Of a stretch of DNA of 64,000 bases, positions 36,232-47,039 are shown one piece after another. The position numbers were made by a program, and so were the translations under genes. The DNA is taken from IMG/VR virus record IMGVR_UViG_3300021425_000008, positions 64,001 through 128,000 of that record, one strand, 5' to 3'. Position 1 is the stretch's first letter. Each line of letters starts with the position of its first letter. Under the pieces are notes generated by a model. The model did not search any database and was not told the origin of the DNA. It was given only the letters and a program-made list of their open reading frames with translations. The DNA is from a virus.

Positions 36232-37527
36232 ATGGCTAAGAACGGCAAGTGTGATGCTGGACAGTATTACTGTTACACCGATAAAAAATGTAAGGATATT
36301 CCAAAGGGTTTCGATGTAGATCCTAAGGGAATGCTCCGTAAGGAGAATGGTCATACCGTTTCTGAGGAGGGTCTTCGTGATTGGTTTGGTAAGTCCAAAT
36401 CTAAAGATGGTAAGAAAGGTTGGGTCAATGTTGTAACAGGTGATTCTTGTGCGAGTGACAAACCTGGTGAAGGTATCCCTAAGTGTGTATCTTCATCCAA
36501 AAGGGCAAGTATGTCCAAGAAAGAAAGAGTTGCAGCACAGGCTGCTAAGAGAAGAGAAGATCCAGGACAACAGAAAAAGTCTGGAGCTTCAAAACCAACA
36601 AATGTTAAAACTGACCGTAAGGTAAAAGAGGACATGGACATCAACGAAGCAAAAGACAAGAAGGGTAAGGGTTCTGGTTCTAAGGATGCTTGTTACCATA
36701 AGGTCAAGTCACGTTATTCCGTATGGCCTTCTGCATATGCCTCTGGTGCATTGGTGAAGTGTCGTAAAGTTGGTGCTGCTAATTGGGGTAACTCAACTAA
36801 GAAAGAAGAGTACATGGCTCTTCCTGAGTTTACCGATCTGCAGATCAAAGCAATGAGAGCTGCTGGTATTGAGGTTGAGGTAATAGACGAGAAGTGCTGG
36901 AAGGGATATGAGAAGAAAGGTATGAAGACCATGTTTGGTAAGAGATATCCAAACTGCGTCAAGAAAGAAGAAGCTACATGTATGGGGAGCAAGAAAGGTG
37001 AAGAGTGTCCTATTCACGGGAAGAAAGAGTGTCCTACACTCGAAGAGGCAACAAGAATTCCTCCTAAAACTGGAAACATCTTTCTGATTTCTTTCTCTTG
37101 GAGAGGGAAATATATGAATATGAAACTCTTTTTCCCTGAGGTAAGAAATCCTACAAGATCTGAAATTCAAGATGCACTTGATAAGTTCTATCCTGGTTGT
37201 AATCTTTTGAGATTTGACAAGACAACATTCCAACCCTCGGACTCTGTTCTGAATGTTGGTGTTAGTGAAGAGGTTGAGGAACTTGAAGAGAAGTCTGCAG
37301 CATGGCAGAGAAAGGAAGGAAAAAATCCTGAGGGTGGTCTGAACGAAAAGGGTCGTAAGTCATACGAAAGAGAAAATCCTGGTTCTGATCTCAAGGCACC
37401 TCAACCAGAAGGTGGTCCAAGAAAGAGATCATTCTGTGCTCGTATGGGTGGAATGAAGGGGCCTATGAAGGATGAGAAGGGTAGACCAACCCGTAAGGCT
37501 TTGGCGTTAAGAAAGTGGAAGTGCTGA
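36232..37527 (+). CDS. modular basic/Cys-rich hypothetical protein (431 aa), candidate internal head protein
   Basis: Several short basic modules separated by (V/I/L)-x-E linkers. Confidence 0.85.
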   Translation: MAKNGKCDAGQYYCYTDKKCKDIPKGFDVDPKGMLRKENGHTVSEEGLRDWFGKSKSKDGKKGWVNVVTGDSCASDKPGEGIPKCVSSSKRASMSKKERVAAQAAKRREDPGQQKKSGASKPTNVKTDRKVKEDMDINEAKDKKGKGSGSKDACYHKVKSRYSVWPSAYASGALVKCRKVGAANWGNSTKKEEYMALPEFTDLQIKAMRAAGIEVEVIDEKCWKGYEKKGMKTMFGKRYPNCVKKEEATCMGSKKGEECPIHGKKECPTLEEATRIPPKTGNIFLISFSWRGKYMNMKLFFPEVRNPTRSEIQDALDKFYPGCNLLRFDKTTFQPSDSVLNVGVSEEVEELEEKSAAWQRKEGKNPEGGLNEKGRKSYERENPGSDLKAPQPEGGPRKRSFCARMGGMKGPMKDEKGRPTRKALALRKWKC

Positions 37528-37528
37528 T

Positions 37529-37846
37529 ATGAAAAGTTTTAAAGATTTTCTTCAAGAAAGTGTCAATATTCAACATGTTGATACACTCATTGTAAATGGC
37601 TCTGATTCAAACACTCAAAGTGTAGGTGAAGAGTTTTCAGCAGATGTAATGTACCAAGGTAGTATTCATAGAATTTCTATGGTTACTGAAAATGGTATTC
37701 CATCAAAGAATCAACTTGCAGAGTATCTACAAGATGATTACCCTGGTGCTATTGTTCAACAGATTTATGTAAAAGAGACATCTGATAAATCTATAAAAAT
37801 CAAAGATGATAAAAGATATCATCCAGCAAAATTAGATTGGGTATAA
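37529..37846 (+). CDS. hypothetical protein with capsid-targeting-like N-terminus
   Basis: Begins MKSFKDFLQE, resembling T4 IPIII MKTYQEFIAE. Confidence 0.8.
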   Translation: MKSFKDFLQESVNIQHVDTLIVNGSDSNTQSVGEEFSADVMYQGSIHRISMVTENGIPSKNQLAEYLQDDYPGAIVQQIYVKETSDKSIKIKDDKRYHPAKLDWV

Positions 37847-37849
37847 ATT

Positions 37850-39412
37850 ATGGCACAGTGGAATAAGACTACACAAGATTATCTAAACCAAGAAAGAAGT
37901 TTATTTGAAGTTTATATTTGTGCAGATAGGTACGGTAATATTGATGGATGTAATGGAACTGCAAGTGGTAGTGGTGCGTTTGGAGAACAAATAGTATCTC
38001 AAATCACACCAGTATTTCAACTTGATGCTCTCTACGGATTAGACTCTAATAAGTTTGAAAGATATTCTTTTGGAACTGGCATAACAACTTCCAATACTTT
38101 GATGACTGCATCAACAGGAACTGGTGCATATGGTTATGGTGTTGTTCGTTCAAAACGAGCAGTAAGATATAGACCAGGACAAGGTGCTCTTGGAAGATTC
38201 ACAGCACAGTTTTCTGGTGGTGTAGAAGGATATACACAAAGAGCAGGATTTTTTGCACAAGAACAAGCACTTCAAGTTGGTTATAGTACTGAAGGAAAAT
38301 TTGGTATTCTGCGAGAGAATGGTGGTAAAGCACACATTCATAGATTTGAAGTTACAACACCTACTAGTGGATCAGAAGACATAACAGTCACTCTTGCTGG
38401 AACTGCAACTACTGTAACTATTCCATCAGGAACTGCTACTCAAAATGCAACAGGTATTGGAACAAATACTTTTTCTGGTTGGATTACTGATTATCAAAAT
38501 GGATATATTGAATTCTTATCTACAAGTGTAGGACCAAAAACAGGAACATTCTCTATAGTAAGTTCTGGAACACTTGTAGCAACATCGACAACAGCACAAG
38601 CGGGTGTTGCAAATTCAACCAACTGGATATATCAAGATGATTGGAATTTTGATACTCTAACAGGTGTTGGTGGAACTACAAACCCATCAGGAGTTACATT
38701 AGATCCAACAAAATTGAATGTATATCAAATCAACTTCCGTTGGTTGGGTGCAGGTGAAATGAGGTTTGCTATTGAAAACCCAACTACTGGTGATATGATG
38801 CCCATTCATCACATTCATTATACCAATAGACATAATGATGTTCACCTTGACAACCCATCACTTAAACTTGGTTATGTCGCAGCTGAACTAAACGGAAATA
38901 CTGGTGTTGGTGTAACAGTATCTGGTGCATCTATGTTGGGTGCTATCGAAGGTGTTATTAACACAACAACATATCCAATTGGTGCTAGAAGGGCAAAGAC
39001 GGGTGGTATGAATACTACCGATACAAAATATCATCTACTCACCATTAAAAGTAATTTAATTGAAAACAATAAAATCAATACCAGAGAACTTTTAATAAAA
39101 AGGTTGACTGCTGGAACCACAGCATCTGCATCAGTCCCTTGTACTCTTTATCTTTATATTGATCCAACATATTCTACAAATAATTTAGACTTTACCCCTA
39201 TTGGAAACGCAGCATCATATTCCACAACTGACGCAACAATTACTGGTGGAACTCCAATTGCTATTTTCAATATTACATCTGGAGCACCTGACCATTTTGA
39301 CCTAGATAACTTAAGAATTGCACTCCCACCACAAACAAAACTTGCTGTTGCAATCGAAGCAACAGGTGTTATGCAATCTGCAAGTTGTGGAGTAACATTT
39401 ATTGAGGATTAA
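37850..39412 (+). CDS. hypothetical, probably structural, protein (520 aa)
   Basis: Long Thr/Gly-rich ORF between gp16 and gp17. Confidence 0.85.
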   Translation: MAQWNKTTQDYLNQERSLFEVYICADRYGNIDGCNGTASGSGAFGEQIVSQITPVFQLDALYGLDSNKFERYSFGTGITTSNTLMTASTGTGAYGYGVVRSKRAVRYRPGQGALGRFTAQFSGGVEGYTQRAGFFAQEQALQVGYSTEGKFGILRENGGKAHIHRFEVTTPTSGSEDITVTLAGTATTVTIPSGTATQNATGIGTNTFSGWITDYQNGYIEFLSTSVGPKTGTFSIVSSGTLVATSTTAQAGVANSTNWIYQDDWNFDTLTGVGGTTNPSGVTLDPTKLNVYQINFRWLGAGEMRFAIENPTTGDMMPIHHIHYTNRHNDVHLDNPSLKLGYVAAELNGNTGVGVTVSGASMLGAIEGVINTTTYPIGARRAKTGGMNTTDTKYHLLTIKSNLIENNKINTRELLIKRLTAGTTASASVPCTLYLYIDPTYSTNNLDFTPIGNAASYSTTDATITGGTPIAIFNITSGAPDHFDLDNLRIALPPQTKLAVAIEATGVMQSASCGVTFIED

Positions 39413-39418
39413 TTTTTC

Positions 39419-41083
39419 ATGGCAAGTGACGTATATCTTGGTAATCCCCTTCTTAAGAAGGCGAATACACCGATTGAATTTACTAAAGAACAAATTGAAG
39501 AGTATATTAAGTGTAAGGACGACCCAGTTTACTTTGCACAAAATTACGTCCAGATTGTAACCCTGGACCATGGTCTTCAACCATTCAAGACCTATGACTT
39601 TCAGGAAAAGTTAATTAAAAACTTCCACGAGAACAGATTTAATATCTGTAAGATGCCTCGACAGACTGGTAAGTCTACAACGTGTGTGTCTTATCTTTTA
39701 CACTACGCAATTTTCAATGATAGTGTTAATATAGGTATCCTGGCAAACAAGGCAACGACTGCTAGAGAACTTCTTTCAAGACTTGCCACAGCATATGAAA
39801 ACCTCCCGACATGGATGCAACAAGGAATCTTGGTCTGGAATAAAGGAAACATCGAATTAGAAAATGGCAGTAAGATATTGGCAGCTTCTACGTCTGCAAG
39901 TGCTGTCCGAGGCATGTCGTTTAACATTCTCTTCCTCGACGAATTTGCCTTCGTTCCAAATCATATTGCAGATGCGTTCTTTGCCTCTGTTTATCCTACT
40001 ATTACTTCTGGTAAATCAACGAAGGTAATCATCGTCTCTACCCCACACGGTATGAATCACTTCTACCGTATGTGGCATGATGCGGAGAAGGGTGCAAACG
40101 AATATGTACCGACAGACGTTCATTGGTCAGAAGTTCCTGGTAGGGATGAAGTCTGGAAAGAACAGACTATCAAGAACACATCTGAACAACAGTTCAAGAT
40201 TGAGTTTGAGTGTGAGTTCCTAGGATCTGTTGATACTCTGATTGCACCTAGTAAATTAAAAGCACTTGTTTACGATAATCCTCTGACACAAAATGCTGGA
40301 CTTGATGTCCACGAACAACCTAAGAAGGAAAATGACTATGTAATTACCGTTGACGTTGCAAGGGGTGTTGGAGAGGATTACTCTGCATTCATCGTTGCCG
40401 ACATTACAACATTCCCACATAAAGTAGTTGCCAAGTATCGTAATAATACGATCAAACCAATGTTGTTCCCCAATATCATCTGGGAAGTTGCCAAGTCATA
40501 TAACAATGCATTCATTCTCTGTGAGGTCAATGACATCGGAGATCAGATTGCTTCAATTCTTCAATACGATCTTGAGTATCAAAACCTTCTCATGTGTGCC
40601 ATGAGAGGTAGAGCAGGTCAAGTTGTTGGACAAGGGTTTTCTGGAACTAAAACACAACTTGGCGTCAAGATGTCTAAGACTGTCAAGAAGGTGGGATCAC
40701 TCAACCTGAAGACTATGATTGAAGAGAATAAGTTGTTGTTGAATGATTACGAGATTATATCAGAATTAACTACATTTATTTCGAAAGGAAACTCTTTTGA
40801 AGCGGAAGAAGGATGTAATGATGACCTTGCTATGTGTTTGGTCATCTATGCATGGTTGGTAGCTCAAGATTACTTTAAAGAACTGACTGATCAGGATGTC
40901 AGAAAGAGATTATATGAAGAACAAAAGAATCAAATCGAACAGGACATGGCTCCATTTGGTTTCTTGAATGACGGTCTTGATGATGGGGTATTTGTTGACA
41001 ATGAGGGAGATAGATGGACCTCTGCTCCAACATATGATGAATATGGAAACACTGCTGGTGGTTGGACTCTTTGGGATTACTAA
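39419..41083 (+). CDS. gp17: terminase large subunit gp17
   Basis: PRQTGKST Walker A, ILFLDEFAF Walker B, VSTPHG, DVARG and DDLAM nuclease motifs. Confidence 0.97.
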   Translation: MASDVYLGNPLLKKANTPIEFTKEQIEEYIKCKDDPVYFAQNYVQIVTLDHGLQPFKTYDFQEKLIKNFHENRFNICKMPRQTGKSTTCVSYLLHYAIFNDSVNIGILANKATTARELLSRLATAYENLPTWMQQGILVWNKGNIELENGSKILAASTSASAVRGMSFNILFLDEFAFVPNHIADAFFASVYPTITSGKSTKVIIVSTPHGMNHFYRMWHDAEKGANEYVPTDVHWSEVPGRDEVWKEQTIKNTSEQQFKIEFECEFLGSVDTLIAPSKLKALVYDNPLTQNAGLDVHEQPKKENDYVITVDVARGVGEDYSAFIVADITTFPHKVVAKYRNNTIKPMLFPNIIWEVAKSYNNAFILCEVNDIGDQIASILQYDLEYQNLLMCAMRGRAGQVVGQGFSGTKTQLGVKMSKTVKKVGSLNLKTMIEENKLLLNDYEIISELTTFISKGNSFEAEEGCNDDLAMCLVIYAWLVAQDYFKELTDQDVRKRLYEEQKNQIEQDMAPFGFLNDGLDDGVFVDNEGDRWTSAPTYDEYGNTAGGWTLWDY

Positions 41084-41313
41084 TGGATTTAGATGAACAA
41101 CTAGAAATCAATCACCTATTTCTAACAGACAGAAAGTGTAAGAGTTGTAGAGAGGTCAAGAATTTAGTCGATGGGTTTTATAGAACAAGAAAGGATAGAG
41201 GGGCGGTTCCTTCCTCATATTCTTATGTGTGTAAGGAGTGTTTTATAGAAGGTGTCAAGGAACGAAAGAAGGATAAGTGCCCAAAATCTCGGTGGGAATA
41301 CCCAGATTGGTGA
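41083..41313 (+). CDS. Zn-finger hypothetical protein
   Basis: CKSC...CKEC; ATG at the TAATG overlap. Confidence 0.8.
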   Translation: MDLDEQLEINHLFLTDRKCKSCREVKNLVDGFYRTRKDRGAVPSSYSYVCKECFIEGVKERKKDKCPKSRWEYPDW

Positions 41314-41394
41314 TTTACGTCGTGTTTACCCTCTCAAAACAGTCAAATTTCTAAATATTAGTAGTTAAACTGAGACCCACAGGAGAGATAGAAA

Positions 41395-43842
41395 ATGCCT
41401 ACTCCTCAATTATCTCCAGGAGTATTAGTCAGGGAAGTTGACTTAACTGTTGGAAGAGCTGAGAACGTTCTTGACAACATTGGTGCTATTGCTGGTCCTT
41501 TCTCGATCGGACCTGTAAACGAGCCAATTACCATTGAGACTCAACAACAATTCCTCGATACTTTTGGACAACCAATCGGCACTGACAGACAGTATGAGTA
41601 CTGGATGACAGGTAGTTCATTCCTCTCTTACGGTGGAATCCTCAAAGTTGTTAGAGTCGGTGGTGGTAGCCTGAACAACGCTAATGCTGGTGTTGGAACT
41701 GCAGGTGCAACAGTTCTGATTGAGAACCAAGACGATTACGAACTTAATCATCAAGACGACGCTACTTACTACTACGCAACCAAAAACCCTGGTCAATGGG
41801 GTAATGGTCTCAAGGTTTGTACGATTGACAACAAAGCTGACCAAATTATCAGTATTGCATCCACCAACCCTGGTGCAGAAAATCTGGTAGTTGGATACGG
41901 TGTTTCTGTTGCAAGAAACAGTATCAACATCCCTGGTAACGGTGCTGTCAATACATTCACTGGTCACCTTAAGGGTATCATCACTGGTGTTAACACCGAT
42001 GCTCAGAACTCAAACAGTTCAATTGAAGTCAGAGTTCTTGAAAGAGTATTCCCAAGAGTTGATGATTATCAGACAACTGGTGTCACAACTATTACTACAC
42101 AGATTAATAGAAACGACACTACCATCTTCATCAACAGTTCTGCAGGACTTACGACAGCAGCTGTTAATGCAGGTACTCAGTTCCTGACAATTCCAGGTGC
42201 AAATAGTAATTTTAATGTTACTGGTTTCGGTGCAACTTTTGTTAGTGTTGGTTCATCAATCGGTGTTTCAACTGTCACAGTTGGTCAAGGAGTTACATTC
42301 CAGAATCGGGTTTCAACTGCAGGTACAGTCACTCCTGTTACCTATCAACAGTCCTTTGACGGTGCATCATTCAAAGCTAATGATGATTTAACAATCACAC
42401 CTTCGACTGGAGTCGCATATACAACTACAATTTCTGGTGGTTCTGTAACCGACTGGTATGATGCACAGACACTTGGTCTGACAAACTCAACACTGTACTG
42501 GAAGAACATTGCTCCTAGACCTGTTGATACTCAGTACGTTACCCAGAGAAAGGGTAGTAACGACGCACTTCACATCGTTGTCGTAGATGATACGGGTGAC
42601 GTAACAGGTGTCCAGGGTAACATCCTTGAGAGATTCCTCTCACTGTCTAAAGCTTCTGATGCTGAGGCAGATGCAGATGCACCTACCAAGACATTCTATA
42701 AGGATTACCTGTCACTTAATTCTAAGTATATCTTCGCTGGTTACAACCCATCAATCAAAGAAGATACAATCCGCAACGTAATTCCAAGAGCTTCAGGTTT
42801 CTCAACCAGCTTCACACCCTACACAACCACTGAGGGTCTCTGGGGACAAACCGCAGCAAATAGTAACTTTGCTGCACTTGGTGCTGTTTCTTACTCACTC
42901 GTTAATGGTAGTGATTATCAGTCTGGTGGTGGTATGGAAGCCACACTTGGTGACCTGATCACTGGTTACAACTACTTCTCTAACAGAGATGAGATCGCAG
43001 TTGATTATCTGATCATGGGTCCTGGTCTGGCTCTTGAGAGTCAGTCACAAGCTAAGGCTAACTATCTGGTCTCCATCGCAAGTCAAAGAAAAGACTGTGT
43101 TGCAACAATTTCTCCACATAGAGATAACGTTGTAAACGTCACTAACTCCAACACTGCAACGAATAATCTCCTTCAGTACTACGCTCCAATCTCTTCATCG
43201 TCTTACGCTGTTCTCGATTCGGGTTACAAGTACACCTTCGATAGATTCAACAACCAGTTCCGTTACATCCCAACTAACGGTGACATTGCTGGTCTGATGG
43301 TCAGAACTTCAATCCAATCATATCCTTGGTTCTCACCTGCTGGTCTCCAGAGAGGTATTCTGAACAACGCAGTCAAACTGGCATACAACCCAACGAAGAA
43401 CCAGAGAGATCAACTCTATGGTTCTCGAATCAACTCGATTATCACACAAAGAGGAGCTGGTACTGTTCTGTTCGGTGATAAGACAGCTCTGGGTTACGCT
43501 TCTGCGTTTGATAGAATCAACGTTAGAAGACTGTTCCTGACTGTTGAACAAGCACTTGAAGGAGCTGCACACACTCAACTCTTCGAACTTAACGATTCAA
43601 ACACGAGAGCTAATTTCGTGAACATCGTTGAACCTTACCTCCGTGACGTTCAAGCGAAGAGAGGTCTCTATGACTTCCTGGTAGTTTGTGACGAGACAAA
43701 CAACACACCTGATGTCATTGATAACAATGAGTTCAGAGCAGACATCTTCCTGAAACCAACCAAGTCTATCAACTACGTCACCCTGACGTTCGTTGCAACC
43801 AGAACTGGTGTTGACTTCCAGGAAGTCGTTGGTACTGTTTGA
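41395..43842 (+). CDS. gp18: tail sheath protein gp18
   Basis: LSPGVLVREVDLT, PWFSPAG, FDRINVRRLF, CDETNNTP. Confidence 0.97.
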   Translation: MPTPQLSPGVLVREVDLTVGRAENVLDNIGAIAGPFSIGPVNEPITIETQQQFLDTFGQPIGTDRQYEYWMTGSSFLSYGGILKVVRVGGGSLNNANAGVGTAGATVLIENQDDYELNHQDDATYYYATKNPGQWGNGLKVCTIDNKADQIISIASTNPGAENLVVGYGVSVARNSINIPGNGAVNTFTGHLKGIITGVNTDAQNSNSSIEVRVLERVFPRVDDYQTTGVTTITTQINRNDTTIFINSSAGLTTAAVNAGTQFLTIPGANSNFNVTGFGATFVSVGSSIGVSTVTVGQGVTFQNRVSTAGTVTPVTYQQSFDGASFKANDDLTITPSTGVAYTTTISGGSVTDWYDAQTLGLTNSTLYWKNIAPRPVDTQYVTQRKGSNDALHIVVVDDTGDVTGVQGNILERFLSLSKASDAEADADAPTKTFYKDYLSLNSKYIFAGYNPSIKEDTIRNVIPRASGFSTSFTPYTTTEGLWGQTAANSNFAALGAVSYSLVNGSDYQSGGGMEATLGDLITGYNYFSNRDEIAVDYLIMGPGLALESQSQAKANYLVSIASQRKDCVATISPHRDNVVNVTNSNTATNNLLQYYAPISSSSYAVLDSGYKYTFDRFNNQFRYIPTNGDIAGLMVRTSIQSYPWFSPAGLQRGILNNAVKLAYNPTKNQRDQLYGSRINSIITQRGAGTVLFGDKTALGYASAFDRINVRRLFLTVEQALEGAAHTQLFELNDSNTRANFVNIVEPYLRDVQAKRGLYDFLVVCDETNNTPDVIDNNEFRADIFLKPTKSINYVTLTFVATRTGVDFQEVVGTV

Positions 43843-43874
43843 TTTTTTATTAAATAACTACGGAGGATTAACCA

Positions 43875-44507
43875 ATGGCTGAAACAAAAACACTTTCACA
43901 ATTTAAGACCAGACTTCAAGGCGGGGGTGCCCGCCCTAACCTATTTGAAGTCTCTATCCCATCCTTCCCCTCGGCAATCACTGAGGCCTGGGGAAGTGGC
44001 GATACTGCAGAGAACGGCACTTTCAAGTTCCTTTGTAAAGCTGCTCAGCTCCCTGCTTCTAACACCAATTCATTTGAAGTTCCTTTCAGAGGAAGACAAC
44101 TGAAAATTGCTGGTGATAGAACGTTCGATGCATGGACAGTTAGAGTCATCAATGATGAGGACTTCCAACTCAGAACAGCATTCGAAAGATGGGCAAACGT
44201 CATCAGTAAACTTGATGATGCAACTGGTGTTACCAACCCATCGTCTTACATGACCGATGCATTCGTAACTCAACTCGGTAGAAGTGCTGAGAGATTCTCT
44301 ACTACCAATGCTGGTGGTGAATCTTCAGTATTGAGAACTTACAAGTTCTTCGATATCTTCCCAACACAGATCGGTGCAATCGAACTGAGTTATGATAATG
44401 GTGATCAGCTCGAAGAGTTTGATATCACCTTTGACGTTCAGTACTTCACCATCGGTAACTCACAAGAGTCTACCGCAGGTAATGCTGGAGAGGTTCTGAT
44501 TGAATGA
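43875..44507 (+). CDS. gp19: tail tube protein gp19
   Basis: GGARPNLFEV, FRGRQLKIAGDRTFDAW. Confidence 0.96.
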   Translation: MAETKTLSQFKTRLQGGGARPNLFEVSIPSFPSAITEAWGSGDTAENGTFKFLCKAAQLPASNTNSFEVPFRGRQLKIAGDRTFDAWTVRVINDEDFQLRTAFERWANVISKLDDATGVTNPSSYMTDAFVTQLGRSAERFSTTNAGGESSVLRTYKFFDIFPTQIGAIELSYDNGDQLEEFDITFDVQYFTIGNSQESTAGNAGEVLIE

Positions 44508-44543
44508 TAAATAACTAGACAAGAAGTCTAGTATTTAAATATA

Positions 44544-46223
44544 ATGGCCAGATTATTTGGTTTTTCAATTGAAGATAACGACAAGAATCCACCTGGCGTA
44601 GTTTCTCCAATCCCTCCTTCTAATCAGGATGGGTCTGAGGCCTTCGCCAGTAGTGGATTTTTTGGTAGCTATAATTTAGACATCGAAGGTCTCTACAGAA
44701 ATGAGACTGATTTAATTCGTAGATATAGGACAATGGCACTCTATCCAGAGTGTGATAGTGCAATTGAAGATATTGTAAACGAAGCAATCGTATCTGATAC
44801 AAACGATTCACCTGTACAGATTGAATTGTCGAATCTGAATGCAAGTGATAAGATTAAAAAAATTGTAAGAGAAGAGTTTAGATATATTTGTGAACTTCTT
44901 GATTTTGATAAGAAGGCACATGAGATTTTCCGTAACTGGTATATTGACGGGAGACTCTATTATAACAAAGTCATTGATCAAAAGAATCCTCAGGATGGTA
45001 TTCAGGAACTGAGATATATTGACGCTTCGAAGATTAGATACGTCCGTAAACTTAAAAAACAAGATAAAACTGTTGGTAATGTAAAAGACGACTTCGGTCA
45101 GTCTGCAAATCCAACTGCATATAATTTCCCTGAAATCGAAGAGTATTTCCTTTATACTCCAGATATGGGAACCTCTAGAGGTGGTTACGGTGGTAATCCA
45201 CAGAAAGGAATCAAGTTGACTCGTGATTCTGTCGTGTATTGTACCTCGGGTTTGGTAGATAGAAACAAGGGTTTGACTCTTTCATGGATGCATAAAGCAA
45301 TCAAACCTCTCAATCAGTTGATGATGATTGAGGATTCACTCGTTATCTACAGACTTTCAAGAGCACCAGAACGTAGAATTTTCTACATTGACGTTGGCAA
45401 TCTTCCTAAGGTAAAGGCAGAACAATACCTTCGTGATGTCATGATGCGTTATAGAAATAAGATGGTCTATGACGCAAACACTGGTGAGATGCGTGATGAC
45501 AAGAAGTTCATGTCCATGATGGAAGACTTCTGGTTACCACGTAGAGAAGGTGGTCGTGGTACTGAAATTACTACACTTCCTGGTGGTCAAAACCTTGGTG
45601 AAATTACTGATATCAATTATTTCCAGAGAAAACTCTACAGAGCTCTGAATGTACCTGAGACCAGAATCGAAGGTGAAGGTGGTTTCTCACTGGGTCGTTC
45701 CTCTGAAATCTTGAGAGATGAAATCAAGTTCTCCAAGTTTGTTGGAAGAATGAGAAAGAGATTCTCAGCGATGTTTAACGACATGTTGAAGACTCAACTT
45801 ATTCTCAAGAATGTTGTCACTCCCGAAGACTGGGAGTACATGGCAGATCATATTCAATATGACTTCCTGTATGACAACCACTTTGCTGAACTAAAGGAAG
45901 CAGAACTTACTACTGAGAGACTGAATCTTGCACAAATTGCAGAACCATATATTGGTAAGTATTACTCTCAGGATTATGTAAGAAGAAATATCCTCAGACA
46001 GACTGACGAAGAGATTCTGGAACAGGATGAATTGATTGAAAAAGAGATTGAGAATGGTATAATTCCTGATCCTAATTCAATGGTTGATCCTATGACTGGT
46101 GCACCAGCAGATCCAGGAATGACACCAGCACCTGTTGCCACACCAGACTCAATGCAGGCACCTACATCACCTAAAGATCCTGAAGCACCAGGAACTCAGA
46201 ATCCTCCAGGTGGTGTCATCTAA
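44544..46223 (+). CDS. gp20: portal protein gp20
   Basis: IYRLSRAPERRIFYIDVGNLPK, EDFWLPRREGGRGTEI. Confidence 0.98.
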   Translation: MARLFGFSIEDNDKNPPGVVSPIPPSNQDGSEAFASSGFFGSYNLDIEGLYRNETDLIRRYRTMALYPECDSAIEDIVNEAIVSDTNDSPVQIELSNLNASDKIKKIVREEFRYICELLDFDKKAHEIFRNWYIDGRLYYNKVIDQKNPQDGIQELRYIDASKIRYVRKLKKQDKTVGNVKDDFGQSANPTAYNFPEIEEYFLYTPDMGTSRGGYGGNPQKGIKLTRDSVVYCTSGLVDRNKGLTLSWMHKAIKPLNQLMMIEDSLVIYRLSRAPERRIFYIDVGNLPKVKAEQYLRDVMMRYRNKMVYDANTGEMRDDKKFMSMMEDFWLPRREGGRGTEITTLPGGQNLGEITDINYFQRKLYRALNVPETRIEGEGGFSLGRSSEILRDEIKFSKFVGRMRKRFSAMFNDMLKTQLILKNVVTPEDWEYMADHIQYDFLYDNHFAELKEAELTTERLNLAQIAEPYIGKYYSQDYVRRNILRQTDEEILEQDELIEKEIENGIIPDPNSMVDPMTGAPADPGMTPAPVATPDSMQAPTSPKDPEAPGTQNPPGGVI

Positions 46224-46250
46224 ATATTTCTTGTAGTAACATTTTTTGAA

Positions 46251-46451
46251 ATGGACGAACTTATGGATATGCTCGTCAGTCCCGACGAGTCTTCATCACA
46301 AATTAGTGATAAAATTAAGGATATTCTTTTTGCCAAGAGTGCAGAAAAAATTGAAGCAAGTAGACCTAATGTCGCCGCTTCAATCTTCGATGGTCCTCAG
46401 TCTGAGGTAGAAGGTTCTATTGAAGAACCTGAAGAAGAGACCGAAGAATAA
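46251..46451 (+). CDS. small acidic protein (prohead core region)
   Basis: ORF track; lies between gp20 and gp21. Confidence 0.8.
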   Translation: MDELMDMLVSPDESSSQISDKIKDILFAKSAEKIEASRPNVAASIFDGPQSEVEGSIEEPEEETEE

Positions 46452-46482
46452 TAAATAGATATTATAAAACTATAATAAGAAG

Positions 46483-47031
46483 ATGAGTGCGTTAAAACCA
46501 GTAGGTGTTAATACAACATTTGCGACTAGTACCACCTCTGCGAGATCAGTAGCAATCTCACAACAATCAGATTCAATTCGAGTTGTTGCTGAGAGTGCAG
46601 GAGTTTATGTTGCTATTGGAACTCTTCCTACGGCAACACATGATAATTTTTACGTGACCTCCACTGACCCCGAAGAGATCTCTCTTGGCCCAGTTATGGC
46701 TCAAAGAGTTGTGGGTATCACCACTGGTACGACGACAACTATTGATTTTCCTGAAGGAACTGGTAGTCCTTTTGTTGTTGGAGATGCTGTTTCTCTGACT
46801 GTAAGTGGTCAATCTAACTTCGACTTTAGTCACAAGATTGTATCTAGTGTCAACAATTCTTCAGGAGTAGGTGGTTATTTCAGTACCAGGATCGTTGTTG
46901 ATCACGATTCAAGTTCAGTCACCGATGTCTTTGGTTCACCTGATGCTACTTTGAGAAAGTCAATCATGGTTGCAGCTAAGACACAATCTGGAACTGGAAG
47001 AGTCTATATCCAACAAGTACAAGTATCCTGA
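46483..47031 (+). CDS. hypothetical structural protein (182 aa)
   Basis: ORF track; ATAAATA late-type box upstream. Confidence 0.85.
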   Translation: MSALKPVGVNTTFATSTTSARSVAISQQSDSIRVVAESAGVYVAIGTLPTATHDNFYVTSTDPEEISLGPVMAQRVVGITTGTTTTIDFPEGTGSPFVVGDAVSLTVSGQSNFDFSHKIVSSVNNSSGVGGYFSTRIVVDHDSSSVTDVFGSPDATLRKSIMVAAKTQSGTGRVYIQQVQVS

Positions 47032-47039
47032 GGAAACCA

